DNA from: Scenedesmus sp. PABB004 | Lineage: Eukaryota | Direction of reading: 5' to 3' | NCBI GenBank assembly: GCA_014905635.1 | Contig: CM026547.1 | Span: forward strand, 2,666,001-2,730,000 | DNA: 64,000 bases | In this document: one piece after another, positions 11,404 through 23,218 of the stretch | How positions within the stretch are numbered: position 1 is the stretch's first letter | How the letters are laid out: each line of letters opens with the position of its first letter | The notes under the pieces: model-generated | What the model saw: only the letters and a program-made list of their open reading frames with translations | Told to the model about the DNA's origin: nothing | Database searches by the model: none | Program-made: the position numbers and the translations under genes

Positions 11404-12767
11404 ATGCAGCTCACGGCACAGCAGGCGGCGCCGCAGCAGGTGCGGCGAGCGCCGCGACGGCACGGCGGTTGCGGGCGCCGCTGCATCGCCGCCGCGCCGG
11501 CCCTCCACGGCCGCCCGCCCGCAGGCACGCAGCAGCTCATGCGTGGGCGTGCTGCCGGCACACGCGTGCGCCCGGCGCGCGCCGCGGCGGCCGCGGAGCG
11601 TGCGCGTCGCGGCGCACCAGCAGCAGCACGGCGGCGCGCCGTGCCTGCAGACGGACGGCCGCCAGCTGGCGCAGCTGCTGGTGCGGCTGGCGGAGCTGCA
11701 GGTCAAGCCGCACGGCGCCTGGCTCGCGGGCGCGCTGGAGTCGGTGCTGACGCCGCAGCTGGCGTCGCTGGAGCCGGACGAGCTGGCAGGCGCTGTGGCC
11801 GCCCTCGCGGCGTGGGCGTACGCGCCGCCGCCGGCGTTCATGGCGGCGCTGACGGCCGCGACGCGCGCCGCGCTCGCGGGCGGCACGCTGCGCCTGTCGC
11901 ACGTCGCGCAACTCGCGTGGAGCCTCGCGCAGCTGCAGGCGCCGGCGCAGCCGCTGCTGGACGACCTCGTCGCGGCGGCGGGCGCGATGCTGCGCGACGA
12001 CGCTCTGCACGAGCTGCGCGCCAACGACGGCGCCGACGCCGCCGGCGTGTGCCCCGTCGCGCTGGCGGACCTGCTGTGGGCCCTCGTCAAGCTGGAGCAC
12101 GCCCCGGGCGCCGCCTGGCTGGACGCCTTCGCGGCAGCGGCGCGCCCGCGACTGCACGCGTTCACGCCGCCCCAGCTCGCGCAGCTCGTCTGGGCGGTCG
12201 CGCGCACGCCGCACTGGGCGCCGGAGCGCGAGTGGATGCTGGACTTCCTGAACGCAGTGCAGGTCGGGCGCCGCCGCGCCGCGCCGCGCCGCGCCGCGGG
12301 GGCACGGCGCCGCGCGCCGCGCCCCGCCCGCCGCCGCGGCCGACGCCGCCGCGCCCGGCGCCGCGCGGCCGGCGCAGGCACAGCTGCCCGACTTTGACAG
12401 CAAGTCCATCTCGCTGACCGCGTGGGGCCTCGCGACGCTCGCCGCGACCGAGCGCGGCGCGGAGTTCCGGCCCTCCACGCGCTTCCTCTGGCGCTTTGAG
12501 CTCGCCGCCGAGGCGGTGCTCGGCGACCTCGCGGCGGCGGAGCTCGCGTGCACGCTGTGGGCGCTCAGCTCGCTCAAGTCCAAGCGCGCACACGAGCTGC
12601 GGCTGGGGCGGCTCGTCAGGCGGCAGACGAGCTTCCGGGGGTACGACTACCAGGTGCTCACCAACCCCCGCCTGCTCCGACTGGTGCGCACGCTCACGCT
12701 CGGCCCGGCGGGCCCGCCGCCCGCGGGGCACCAGGCGGGCGGCGGCGGCGGCAGCGGCGGCGCCTGA
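11404..12767 (+). CDS. Octotricopeptide-repeat (OPR)-like helical-repeat organellar RNA-binding protein
   Basis: ~38-aa repeats such as LADLLWALVKLEHAPGAAWLDAF, FTPPQLAQLVWAVARTPHWAPEREWMLDF, ELACTLWALSSL; start uncertain. Confidence 0.75.
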
Positions 12768-13204
12768 CGCGGTAGCGGCGGTGCGCACGAGGCGCCGCAC
12801 GAGGGAGGAGGGTTTGTTGTGTCGTGAGCGTGGTTGGTTTGGGGCGCGTGCGCGTGTTCCATGGCGACGCGCGCGCGCGCGCCTCGTTGGTGTGTTGTGT
12901 TGGCGGCGAGGCGGCCGCGCGCGCGCGGCGGTGCAGCCCCGCCGTGGCCGTGCTGCGGGGCGTCACGTGTACAACAGCAGCGAGCAGCAGCAGCAGCAGC
13001 CGAGCGCCGCAACGGCGCCGGGCCCTCTCCAGCGGGGGCGCGCGTGTTCAAGGCGTGTTCTAGGCGGGGGATCAGCGAACGAGGGCGTGCCTGCGGCGTG
13101 TCGCATTGATGGGGCGCAGGCAGCACTGACCAGTTCCCATGCAACGAGGGCAGGCCCCGCGTCCGCGGAGACCACCAAGCGTGCCTGCAGCCGCCGCCGC
13201 CTCG

Positions 13205-14907
13205 TCACGCCCACCGCACCGCCACGCGCGGCTCCAGGCCCGCCAGCAGCTCGCGGACGCGCTGCGGCGGCGCCCTGCGCGTCAATCCCTCCAGGCTGAG
13301 CTCCTTGAGCGCCTGCAGGGGGCGGCGCGCGGCACCGCGCGGGCGCGCGAGCCGCGTGAGCGCCGGCGGTGCCGCCACGGCCTGGGGCGCTCGGCGGGCA
13401 GCGGCGGCGGCGGGGCGCGCACCGTGCAGCGCGTCAGCACGTCCAGGCTGGGCCAGTCGATTGCCCAGTTGTGGCCCAGCGACAGCGAGGACAGGCTGGC
13501 GCAGCCCGCCAGCTCGCTGGGCAGCGCGAGCGCGCCGCGCTTGTCGGACACGTTGTCCAGCTGTAGCGCGGCGAGGTGCGGCAATTGTCGCGCGAGCTGC
13601 TCGAGCAGGCGGGGCGTCGCGGCGAGGCCGGACAGCCAGTTGTGCGACGCGCTGAGGGCGGCCATGCCCCTCCAGGCGCACAGCGCCGCGGGGCAGAGCG
13701 CCGTGAGCTGGTTGTGCGCGGCGTCGAACGCGGTGAGGGCGGTGAGCTCGGCCAGCCCCGCGCTGAGCTCGGTGAGAGCGTTCCGGCTGAGGTCCAGCGC
13801 CTGCCAGGCGGCGCGGCGGCGACGCGGCGCGGGCGTGCCACGGGGCGCCGCGACGCGGGGGCGCGCCGCGCGCGGGCGCCCGCCCGCGCGCCGCCGCCGC
13901 ACCTCGAGCCCCACCAGGGCACGCCAGCCGCCCCAGGGCAGCACCCGGAGTGCGTTGTCCGCCAGCACGAGGCGGCGCAGCAGCCGCGGCGCGCCCGCCG
14001 TCTCCCGCAGCAGCTCCGCGACGCCGGCGTCGCCCAGGCCGCAGCCCGGCAGAACAAGCTCGCGCAGGCCCGTCAGTGCGTGCACCGCCGGCGGCAGGCA
14101 GCCGAGCGGCACGCGGCGCAGCTCCATTGACGTGAGCTGGGGCGCCCAGACGGTGGGGTCGAGCCACAGGCACGTGCGCGCGGCCGGCACGTCGTCGGCG
14201 TCGCCGCCGTCCGCGCCGCGAGGCGTGTGCGCAGGCCCGACTGCCAGGCGCCGCAGGCCTGCCGGGCGGCGCGGGAGGGGGCGTGTGGGCATCGGCGGAG
14301 GAGGCGCAGCAGCGCGCGCACGCCGCGCGCGCACCCACCCGGTGGCGCTGCAAGCCAGTCAGGGAGCCAGAGCGCCTGGAGGCTCGAGTCAGCGGCGAGG
14401 TGCAGGTGCTGGTCGCCTCGAGTGTGCCAGCCGCCGCCGCCGCGCGCGGCCTCGTGCGCCCCCCGCAGGCCGCCCAGCTCCTGCAGCTGCTCGCTGCTCA
14501 GGAACAGGCTGGCCAGGCGCGTGTGATCCCCGAGGGCAGCTTGCAGGGCGCCGTAGGAGCTCGTGGCGAGGAGGCACCTGCGCCGGCGAGCGGCGGCTTG
14601 CAGCGGCTTGCGACGCCTTGCATGCACTTCCAGGGGCGCCCTATTTAGTTTAGGCAGCCACGCACCGCCCCGACTTCTCGAGATGGAGCTCCCTCAGCGC
14701 CGGGAGACGGCGCAGCAGCGCAGCGAGGGCCGCTGGCTCGCCGCCGCCCCCTGGTTCGCCGCCGGTCGGCGCCAGAGCGAGCAGCACGGCTTCCGTACTT
14801 GCTCGCATGCGGGCGCTGGCAGCACGCAGTGCCCCGGCGTCGCGCGGCGGCAGGGACGACAGCAGCCGGCCGACCGCCTCCAGCGGGAGCTCGTCGAGCG
14901 CGCCCAT
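13205..14907 (-). CDS. F-box-like / leucine-rich-repeat protein, spliced
   Basis: N-terminal LDELPLEAVGRLLSSLPPRDAGALRAASARMR; LRRs LDLSRNALTEL, FDAAHNQLTAL, LSASHNWLSGL, LSLGHN; 3' end uncertain. Confidence 0.75.
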
Positions 14908-15156
14908 CCTGACTGGTGCGGCTCGTGCGGCTCGGCGTCGGCGTCGGTGTCGGGTGCGGGCGCTCTGGCCGGCGCGGCGGCGGGCGCGCGGGCTGGCGGG
15001 CGGTTTCGTGGCCTCGTCAGAACACGGCAGAAGCGCGTCGTGTGGAAGATTGTTCAAGCGCCAAGATTATTCAGACCTCAGTGGGCAGGTATTGCGAGTG
15101 CAAGTGCAACGGGACCGATCGGGTGCTCAGTGCTGAAACGCCCACACGGCCCTGCG

Positions 15157-15906
15157 TCATGCGACCCCCAAGCGCTGCCCGCCCTTGGCCTGGTGCTGCA
15201 CGCCGCCGCCGGACGCGTCGCACCACGCGGCGACGCGGCAGCCGCCGCCGCCGCCGCCGCCGCCCGCCGGCGCCAGCCCCGCCGCGTGCGGCGGCGGCGG
15301 CGGTCCCAGGCTGCAGCCGCTCGCGTCGCTGCACTGCGCCAGCTCGTCCGCGGCGAGGAGCTGGGGCAGCGCGCCCCCGCCCAGCGCCGGCGGCCCCCAG
15401 CCCTCCTCCTGCTGCTGCCGCTGCTGCCGCCGCCGCTGCTGCTGCAGCCGCTGCGCGCTGTTGCCCGCCCCGCGCTGCGCCGCCAGCTGCGCCGCCGCGC
15501 GGCGCGCCTGCTCCTGCTCGCTCTGCATGAGGTGCGCCTTGGTGGCCTGCAGCGAGAGGTGGGTCTTGAAGTCCCGCCCCGCGGGGTCGACCGGCAGCCA
15601 GGGGTCCTGCAGCACGCGGTAGTGGCACCCCAGCACCACGCCGCCGCCCAGCGGCGTGTCCGCCGCCAGCACCACGGCCGCCGCGCCGGCCGCCCCGCCC
15701 GCCGGCGCCGCCGCGCGCGCAGGCGCGAGCAGCGCCAGCAGGCCCTCGGCCTCGCCGCCGCCGTGTGCGCTGGCGTGCACGCCGGACGCCACGGCCGCCG
15801 GCGCCGGCGGCTGCAGGGCGGGCACGGCCAGCGGCGGCCGCGCGCAGGGCAGCCCCGTCGAAGCCGGGCACGCGGGCGAGCCCTCCGCCTGCTGCTGCTG
15901 CTGCTG

Positions 15907-15937
<31 letters not shown>

Positions 15938-16464
15938 TGCTGCACCTGCTGGTGCTGCTCCTGCTGCTGCGCCGGCTGCTCCTGCTGCGCCGCGGCGGCG
16001 GCGGCGGCCGCCGCCATAGCCTTGCGCATCTGCTTGAGCCAGCGCGCCAGGGCAGGCGCGGGCGGCAGCGCGTGCAGGCCCTCCATGGCGGCGCTGCCGA
16101 TGCCCAGGTATGCGGTCTGCACCGCGGCGCTCTGGTCGGGCAGCGCGCCCCTGCGGCCGGCGGCGCGGCGCGGCGCCGCGGCTCGGCCGGCCGGCCGCCG
16201 CCGGGCCGCGCGCGGGCGCTGCGGCGCGGCCGCTGGGGCGCGTGCCCCGCCCCCCCCCCCCCCCTGCACGCGCGCGCGCGCTCACCGGTGCTTGCGGGGT
16301 ATGGGCACCAGGTAGGCGCCCGCGTTGCTGGGCTCGGCGACAAAGTCAAAGGTGATGAGCTGCAGGTCTGGCTCCACCACCAGCGCCTCCTGCGTGAGGT
16401 CGACCGCCACCGACGCCCAGCCGCGGCTGCTCACGCCCAGCTTGATGCCCTGCGCGCCCGCGCC

Positions 16465-16497
<33 letters not shown>

Positions 16498-17150
16498 CGC
16501 CGCGCGGGCGGGCGGGCGGGCGCCCGGGCCGCGCCGCCGCGCCGCCGCGCGCACCCGGCTGTACAGCTCTCGCAGCAGCAGCCCCGCGGGCGTCGGCAGC
16601 ACTTCGATGGTGCCCCACAGCTCGTTCCCGCGCCAGGCGACCGAGAGCACCTGGTGGCTGACGTTGGGCAGGTTGAGGGACCGGAACCACGGGCTGGCGT
16701 ATGAGGGGTGGTGCAGCTCGCCCAGCGCCGTGCCGGCGCGGATGTGCGCCGCCCGGAAGCGCGACACCTCGCGCCGCAGCACGGCGCGCGGGTAGACCCG
16801 ATCATTGGTGTTCTTGGCGTCGGCGCGCGCAAACAGGCCTGTGCACGGCGCGCGGCGCGGGGTGGCTGCCGTGCTGCTGTGCGCTGCTTGGCGCGCCGGC
16901 GGCGGCGCCGGCGCCAGCGGCACAGCACACCGTGCACGATGAGGCGGCCCTGGTTGAGGCGCGTGGACAGCTCAAACAGCTCCGCCACCTGCGACGGCGC
17001 GGCGCGGCTCAGGCGCTGCGCGCGGCGCCAGCGCCGGAGCAGCGGCGCTCGCATCGCGGCGGCGCGGCGGCGCGCTCGGTTGCCCACCTCCTCGCGGCCC
17101 AGCTCGCACGCATCCCGCCTCCGCCACATCCCGCACAGCCCGCACGCCAT
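15157..17150 (-). CDS. T4 gp21-like prohead core (capsid maturation) serine protease domain with polyQ/Ala C-terminal extension; exons 17150-17088, 16988-16931, 16838-16555, 16449-16286, 16150-15157
   Basis: Four GT-AG introns join in one frame: RLIVHGLFARADAKNTNDRVYPRAVLRREV..ALGELHHP..VSHQVLSVAWRGNELWGTIEVLPTPAGLLLRELYSRGIKLGVSSRGWASV..LITFDFVAEPSNAGAYL. Confidence 0.9.
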
Positions 17151-17421
17151 GGGGCGGCCGCGCGGGACACGCCGCCTCTCAGCGGCGCGCCCCGGCCCTC
17201 TCCGATGCCGGGACGCGCAGCCCACCGTCCGTGAGCGTTCCTGGACACACGCTCCGCGGCGGTCCGGCTGCACCGGCCGGCGCTCGCCGCGGGACGCAGC
17301 CGGCAAAGTCTGCTGCTCTCGCGCGCCTGCCTCTGGGCGCGGCGGCGGCGCGCGGCACGGCGCGGCGTCCGGCGACTCGTGCGGCGGTGATGGAGCGACG
17401 GCCTGCGCCACGCCGCGGCGT

Positions 17422-18015
17422 GCGCGGCCGCGCTCCGGCGTCAGGGCGCAGCGGCGGCGTCCCGGCGCGGTGTGCGGGCGGCAGGGACCGGTGCCTGTGT
17501 GCCGGCCCGCAGCGCGCGCCGCCGCCGCCGCCGCGCAGCGCCGAGCCCCGCTGGCGCCGGGCGCGACCGAGCGGCCGTGGCCAGCGCAGGGCCACAGCTG
17601 CGAGCCGGCCCCGCGGGCGAGCGCTGTGGCGCGGCGCGCGGCGGCGCGAGGCGCGCCTGGCGGCACCGCCGCTCCCCGGCCCGCCAGCGCCGCGGCGCGC
17701 GGCCGCCCAGCGCGGGGCGGCGGCGCGGGGCCGTCCGGCTCGCGCAGGGCGGGCGCTGCGCGCGGCGCGGGGCCGACGATGTTTTGAGCGGACGAATCCG
17801 GCGCAGTGTTATGTGTCAGTCCTGATTTTTGACGCGCGGCTTTTTTCGCCTGCGCCGGCGAGCCCGAACGCCAGCCGCCAGCTGGCAACGACACTTGGAG
17901 CCGCGCAGCTTGCCAGCAATCGTCCGTCGGGGAGAGCGCGCCGGTGCAGGGGCCGCCCCCCGCCTGCGCGCGCGGGGCGGGCGCGCAGCGGCGTCCCAGC
18001 TGCACACAGCGAGCG
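17422..18015. repeat. Left arm of ~595-bp inverted duplication (partner 22621-23218)
   Basis: Reverse-complement match by eye, with about 4 substitutions and one 4-bp indel; relatively AT-rich core at 17780-17850. Confidence 0.95.
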
Positions 18016-18055
18016 CGGCGCGGTGGTGGCGCACATGATGCGGTTAAGCAAACTG

Positions 18056-18060
18056 TTACA
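18056..18060 (-). terminator. TGTAA polyadenylation signal for the gene ending at 18269
   Basis: ttaca on + strand, about 210 nt past the stop. Confidence 0.65.
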
Positions 18061-18268
18061 CCAGACCCGCTCCTCTTCGCTCAGCGCTCGTCGCTCGTCG
18101 CTCGTCACTCGGCCTCTGCCGGTCGGCCTCTGCCGAAGCCCTCTGACTATGGTCACGCTCCGCTGCGCTCAGACGCTCCACTGTGTATGGCGCTCGTTTG
18201 TCGCCCCGGCCCGTGCTGTGTGCGCCCGGCCCCCCGCCGCCGACCCCCCCCCCCTCTCCAACTCTCGC

Positions 18269-18768
18269 TCACTGCGGCTTGGCCGGGGGCAATAGCACCG
18301 CCGCGGCTGGCTTGCCAGGCGGTGCCGCGGACTGCCGTCTGAGCCCCGGCACGGCGGCCGGTGGTGGCGGCGCCAGGGGCTTGGCCACAACGGCAGGCGG
18401 CGCCACCAGCCAGGGGTCCAGCTGCACCCGCGGCGCGGGCCTTGTCACAGCGCACAGTGACGCCGCGGGCGCGGGGGCCACGGCGCCGGCCAGGCTGCGG
18501 GCGCGCTGCGCCGCCGCCGCCTGCTGCACCGCCGCCGCCGCCTGCTGGACTGCCGCTGCCTGCTGCGCCGATGCTGCCTGCTGCGCCGATGCTGCCTGCT
18601 GCAGCTGCGCGGCCTGCTGCAGCTGCGCCTGCTGCAGCTGCGCCTGCTGCAGCTGCGCCTGCTGCAGCTGCGCCTGCTGCAGCTGCGCCTGCTGCAGCGC
18701 TGCCAGCTGCACGAGGGGGTTCCTCGACACGGGCGCGCCCGGCACCGACGGGCGCTGCGCCTGCAGCA

Positions 18769-18809
<41 letters not shown>

Positions 18810-19107
18810 ATGAGCTGCAGCAGGGGCAGCTGCGCCAGCACGCTGGCGGGGCTGGCTGCTGCCGCCGCGCTGACGGCCGGCAGCATGGCGCTGGACGCGG
18901 GGGGCGGCGCCGGCGCCGGCTGCTGCAGCATCGCCGCGATCGCCGCCGCCGCCGCTGCCGCCGCCGCCGCGCCAGGGCTCTGCGACGCGTGCAGGCCCTG
19001 GCGGGGCATGCCGCTCGCAAAGAGCGCCGCCAGGCCCGCAGCGAAGCCACCGGCGTCCGGCGCGCCGCCGAGGAGGCCGGGCGCGAGGGCTGGCAGCGCG
19101 GCCGGCA

Positions 19108-19140
<33 letters not shown>

Positions 19141-19809
19141 TCGCGGAGCGCGCGGGGCCCGCGCCGCCGCCGCGGCAGAGCTGCTCCAGCGCCTGGCTGC
19201 CGGTGATGATCTCCAGCGCCTTGTCAAGCGCGCGCAGCGCGGGCGGCCGCGGCGCGGCGGCGGCGGGGCCGATGGCCGCCGCCATCATTCGGTCGCGCTC
19301 TGCGAGCTGCAGTATCAGCTGCACCTGCTCCAGGTAGGCCGCGCGGTTGCTCGCGTACCAGCCGTAGAGCATGCCCAGCTGCCCGGCCACGCCCTCCGCG
19401 CTGCCGGGGCCCTCCGCCGCGGCCACGGGCGCGGCCGCCTGCTGCGCCAGCAGCGCCGCGAGGCTCACGGCGGGCTCCAGCCCCGCGGCGCCGAGCGGCG
19501 CGGCGCCGAGCGGCGCGGCGCCGAGCGGCGCGCTCGCGGCGGCGCCCAGGAGCTGCGCGAGCGCGGGCGGCAGCGCGCCCGTCCCCGGCGCCGCCGTCAG
19601 CGCGCCGAGCGCCGCGAGCTGGCCGCCCAGGCCCCACGCGGGGGCTCCGGGGTGCGACCACAGCCCCTGCTGCCCAGCGAGCCCCGCCGCCAGAAGCGCC
19701 TGCGCCGCCGCCTGGCCGGCTGCGGCCGTCGCGCCGCCGCCCGGCTGGCCCGGCGGCCCGCCGCCGTCCGCCGCCCGCGCGCTGCCGCCGCTTCCGCGGC
19801 GCCGGCCGC

Positions 19810-19846
<37 letters not shown>

Positions 19847-22238
19847 GCCCAGCGCAAGCTGCCGCCCGCCCTGCCCTGGCTGGCCTGCGCGCGGCGGGCC
19901 TGCGCCGTCCGGGCCGCCCGGCAGCGGCGGGCCGTGCGGCGGCGGCGCGGGCAGCTCGTCGTCGCTCCCGCCCTCGCTGCTGGCCTGCTGGGAGCCGTCC
20001 TCAACGTCGCTCTCGTTGCCGTCGTCCGCGGCCGCGCCCGCAGACGCGCCGGCCGCCGGCGCGCCGGCCGCCGCGCTGGCGGCGCCCGCGCGCGCGGGCG
20101 ACCGGCACGGCCCCTGGCCCCCGCACTCGGCCTGCCGGCCGGGCGCCGCCTCGCCCGCGCCGCCCGCCGCGGCGGCCGCCGCGGCGGCCGTGCCCTGGCT
20201 GTCAAAGCCCGCGTTGTTGGCGCGGCTCGTGGCGGCGGCGATGGGCGCCGGCTTGGGCGCCCGCGGCTGGGGCGGCGGCGGTGGCAGGTGCGGCTTGACG
20301 GCGGCGGCGCCCAGCGCCGCAGGCTGGGCGGCGTGCGCGCCGACCGGCGCGGCGACCGCCTGGTCGGCGCCGGGGCCGCCCGCGGGGCGCGCGGGCGTCG
20401 TCGCCGCGCCGCCGCCCCCGGCAGCCTCGCCAGCGCCAGGAGCGCCTCCAGCCGCTGCACCGGGCGGCGGCTGGCCCGGCCGCCCCGACTGCTCGGGCGC
20501 CTGTGCCGGCGCCTGGTGGTTCGCCTGGGGGCTGTTGCTGCCCTGGGCCTGGGGCTTGGGGCTGTTGCTGGCCCGCATGCCGCCATCGTCGCTGCCGCCG
20601 CCGCCGTCGCCGCCGCTCCCGCTCCCGTTGCCGCTGCCGCTGCGGCTCCCGCTGCCGCTGCCACTGCCGCTGCCACTGCCACTGCCGCTCCCGCTCCCGC
20701 TCCCGCTCCCGCTCCCGCTCCCGCTCCCGCTGCCGCTCCCGCTCCCGCTGCCCTCGCCGCCAGACGCGCTGCCGGTGCCGTCACCGGCGCTCGCGTGCTG
20801 CCGGCCGCTGCGGTGGCGGTGTGGCTTTTCCGACGCGCTGCCCCTGCCGCTTGAGCCGCCGGCGCTGCCGGTGCTCTTGCGCTTGCGCTCACGCCCGCCG
20901 GCGCCGTCGCCGGGGGGCGCAGCGGGCAGCGCCGCGCCGGCGGCGGCGGCGCCCCGCTTGTGGCGCTTGCGGTTGTCGGCCCCGCCCGCTCCTCCGCCGG
21001 GGCCGCCGCGGCGCCCGCGTCTGCAGAGGCGGCGGCGACGGCCGCGGCCCCGCGCTCGGCCGCGCCCCCGGGGCGTCCTCGCCGCGCGCCGCCTCCTCCC
21101 AGGCGGAGGAGATGGGCTGGATGATCTTGATCCGCTTGCGCAGCCGCGCCGGCACCTCGGCCGGCAGCTCCACGGGCGCGGCCGCGTGCTTGCTGAGCAC
21201 GGCGCCGCCGGGCGACGGGCCGCGGCGCGGCGGCGGCGCGCCGCGCGCCGCGGCGGCGGTGCCGCCCTGGCCGTCGCGCGCGCCCGGGCAGCTGACCGTC
21301 TGGCGCGCGCCGCCCTCCACCGAGTCGGCAGGCGCGGGCACGGCCGCCGCCGCGGCGCGCGGGCCGCCCCGGGGCGGCCCCAGCCACGCGCCGGCCGAGC
21401 TGCTGGGCGCCGCGCCCGCCTGCGGCTCGCCGCCGCGCGGCGCGGGCCCGCCGGCGCCCTGGGGCTGCTGCTGCTGGGGCTCCTGCGGCAGCGGCAGCAC
21501 CTGCTGGGTGCTGAGGCTGGACCGCGTGCTCTGCTGCGACTGCTGCTGCTGCGGCAGCGCCGGCGCCGGCGGGTGCGGCAGCGCGAGGCCCGGCAGCGCG
21601 AGGCCCATCATCGCCGCCGGCAGGAGGAGCTGGCCCTGCAGCTGCTGCAGCAGCGCCGCCTGCGCCACCGCCGCGGGCTGCAGCAGCGCGGCCAGCGGCG
21701 CGGCCAGCGGCGGCGCGGGCGGCGCGGCAAACGCCGCCGCCGTCGTGGCGGCAAAGGGCGCGAGCCCCGCGCCCGCCACGAGCTGCTGCAGCAGCGGCAG
21801 CGAGCCCTCGCCCAGCCCCGCGGCGGCCGCGAGGGCTGCCGGCGGCAGCGCCGCCGCCATCGGCGCACTCGCCGCGGCGGCCGCTGCGGCGGCGGCCGCC
21901 GCCGCCGCCGCCCCCGCCCCGGCGGGGTGCCCGCCGGCACCGCCAAAGGCGGCCGCCCAGGCCCGCTTCTGGCTCTGGCCCGCCGCCGCCGCCGCCAGGG
22001 CCGCCCCGCCGGCCGCGGCCGGCGGGGCGCCGCAGGCGGCGCCGGCCGCCGCGGGCGCGGCCGGGCGCGGCGGCGGCATGGCCGCCGCCGGCGGCGGCAC
22101 GCCGCCCCCGCGCGCCGGCGGCGGCGGGCACGGCCCCGGCGGCTGCGCGGCGCCCGCGCGCCCCGCCGGCTGGCCGGCCGGCGGCGCCGCGGGGGCGGCC
22201 AGTCCCCGGTTCACTCCCTGCTCTGCCCCGGGCTGCAT
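18269..22238 (-). CDS. Large (~1300 aa) low-complexity Ala/Gly/Gln/Pro-rich, probably nuclear protein; frame broken near 21000-21070
   Basis: ORFs 22238-20889 and the frame ending at 18269 read as one protein; basic clusters RLRKRIK, RKRHKR, RERKRK; (GS)n, polyQ and (QQAQL)n; ordered patch GMLYGWYASNRAAYLEQVQLILQLAERD. Confidence 0.65.
20625..20752. repeat. Hexamer repeat (CCGCTC/CCGCTG/CCACTG)n encoding a (Gly-Ser)n linker on the - strand
   Basis: Directly visible. Confidence 0.85.
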
Positions 22239-22620
22239 GCCGTGGCGCGCCTAGGCGACCGCGCTGTGCGTGCGGCCGGTCGCCAGCATCTCGCGCCGCG
22301 CTGCGTGCCCACTCCCTGCGGCCGGCGCGAGCGGGCGGCGCGCGGTGCGGGAACGACCTGGCTCGGTTGGGGTCGGGCGAAGCCGCGCGCACGGCGGCCA
22401 GCGGTCGCGCACGCCGCGGCGCGGGCCGCGAGCGCCGAGAGGCGCCGCGGCGCTGCTGGGCGCCGGGCGGGGCGGGGGCCCCGCCCACGGCATCGGCACC
22501 GTCTAGCGGCCCACTCCGCAGCGCAGGCAGCGCCCGCCGCTGCACCAGCACCAACCTGCGCGCTCGTCTGCCGGCCCGCGCGACCTCTCCCGCGCCGCCT
22601 TGCGCTCCGTGCCGCGCGCT

Positions 22621-23218
22621 CGCTCGCTGTGTGCAGCAGGGACGCCGCTGCGCGCCCGCCCCGCGCGCGCAGGCGGGGGGCGGCCCCTGCACCGGCGCGC
22701 TCTCCCCGACGGACGATTGCTGGCAAGCTGCGCGGCTCCAAGTGTCGCTGCCAGCTGGCGGCTGGCGTTCGGGCGCCCTCGCCGGCGCAGGCGAAAAAAG
22801 CCGCGCGTCAAAAATCAGGACTGACACATAACACTGCGCCGGATTCGTCCGCTCAAAAAATCGTCGGCCCCGCGCCGCGCGCAGCGCCCGCCCTGCGCGA
22901 GCCGGGCGGCCCCGCGCCGCCGCCCCGCGCTGGGCGGCCGCGCGCCGCGGCGCTGGCGGGCCGGGGAGCGGCGGTGCCGCCAGGCGCGCCTCGCGCCGCC
23001 GCGCGCCGCGCCACAGCGCTCGCCCGCGGGGCCGGCTCGCAGCTGTGGCCCTGCGCTGGCCACGGCCGCTCGGTCGCGCCCGGCGCCAGCGGGGCTCGGC
23101 GCTGCGCGGCGGCGGCGGCGGCGCGCGCTGCGGGCCGGCACACAGGCACCGGTCCCTGCCGCCCGCACACCGCGCCGGGACGCCGCCGCTGCGCCCTGAC
23201 GCCGGAGCGCGGCCGCGC
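22621..23218. repeat. Right arm of ~595-bp inverted duplication (partner 17422-18015)
   Basis: e.g. aaaatcaggactgacacataacactgcgccggattcgtccgctcaaaa is the reverse complement of ~17782-17829. Confidence 0.95.

Noticed and set aside
18035..18147. Possible C/D box snoRNA (ATGATG...CTGA)
   Set aside because: Imperfect C box, no terminal stem seen; better explained as the 3'UTR of the - strand gene
20995..21075. Two separate genes or a pseudogene in the low-complexity ORF
   Set aside because: Two single-base homopolymer corrections or one short intron would join them; not resolvable without reads
17422..23218. Autonomous DNA transposon or Pack-MULE with long TIRs
   Set aside because: No transposase and no direct target-site duplication; junctions fit an inversion better, though this is not fully excluded
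15157..23218. Endogenous virus or prophage
   Set aside because: Only one virus-like domain, with host-type introns and composition; no capsid, polymerase, packaging or integrase genes
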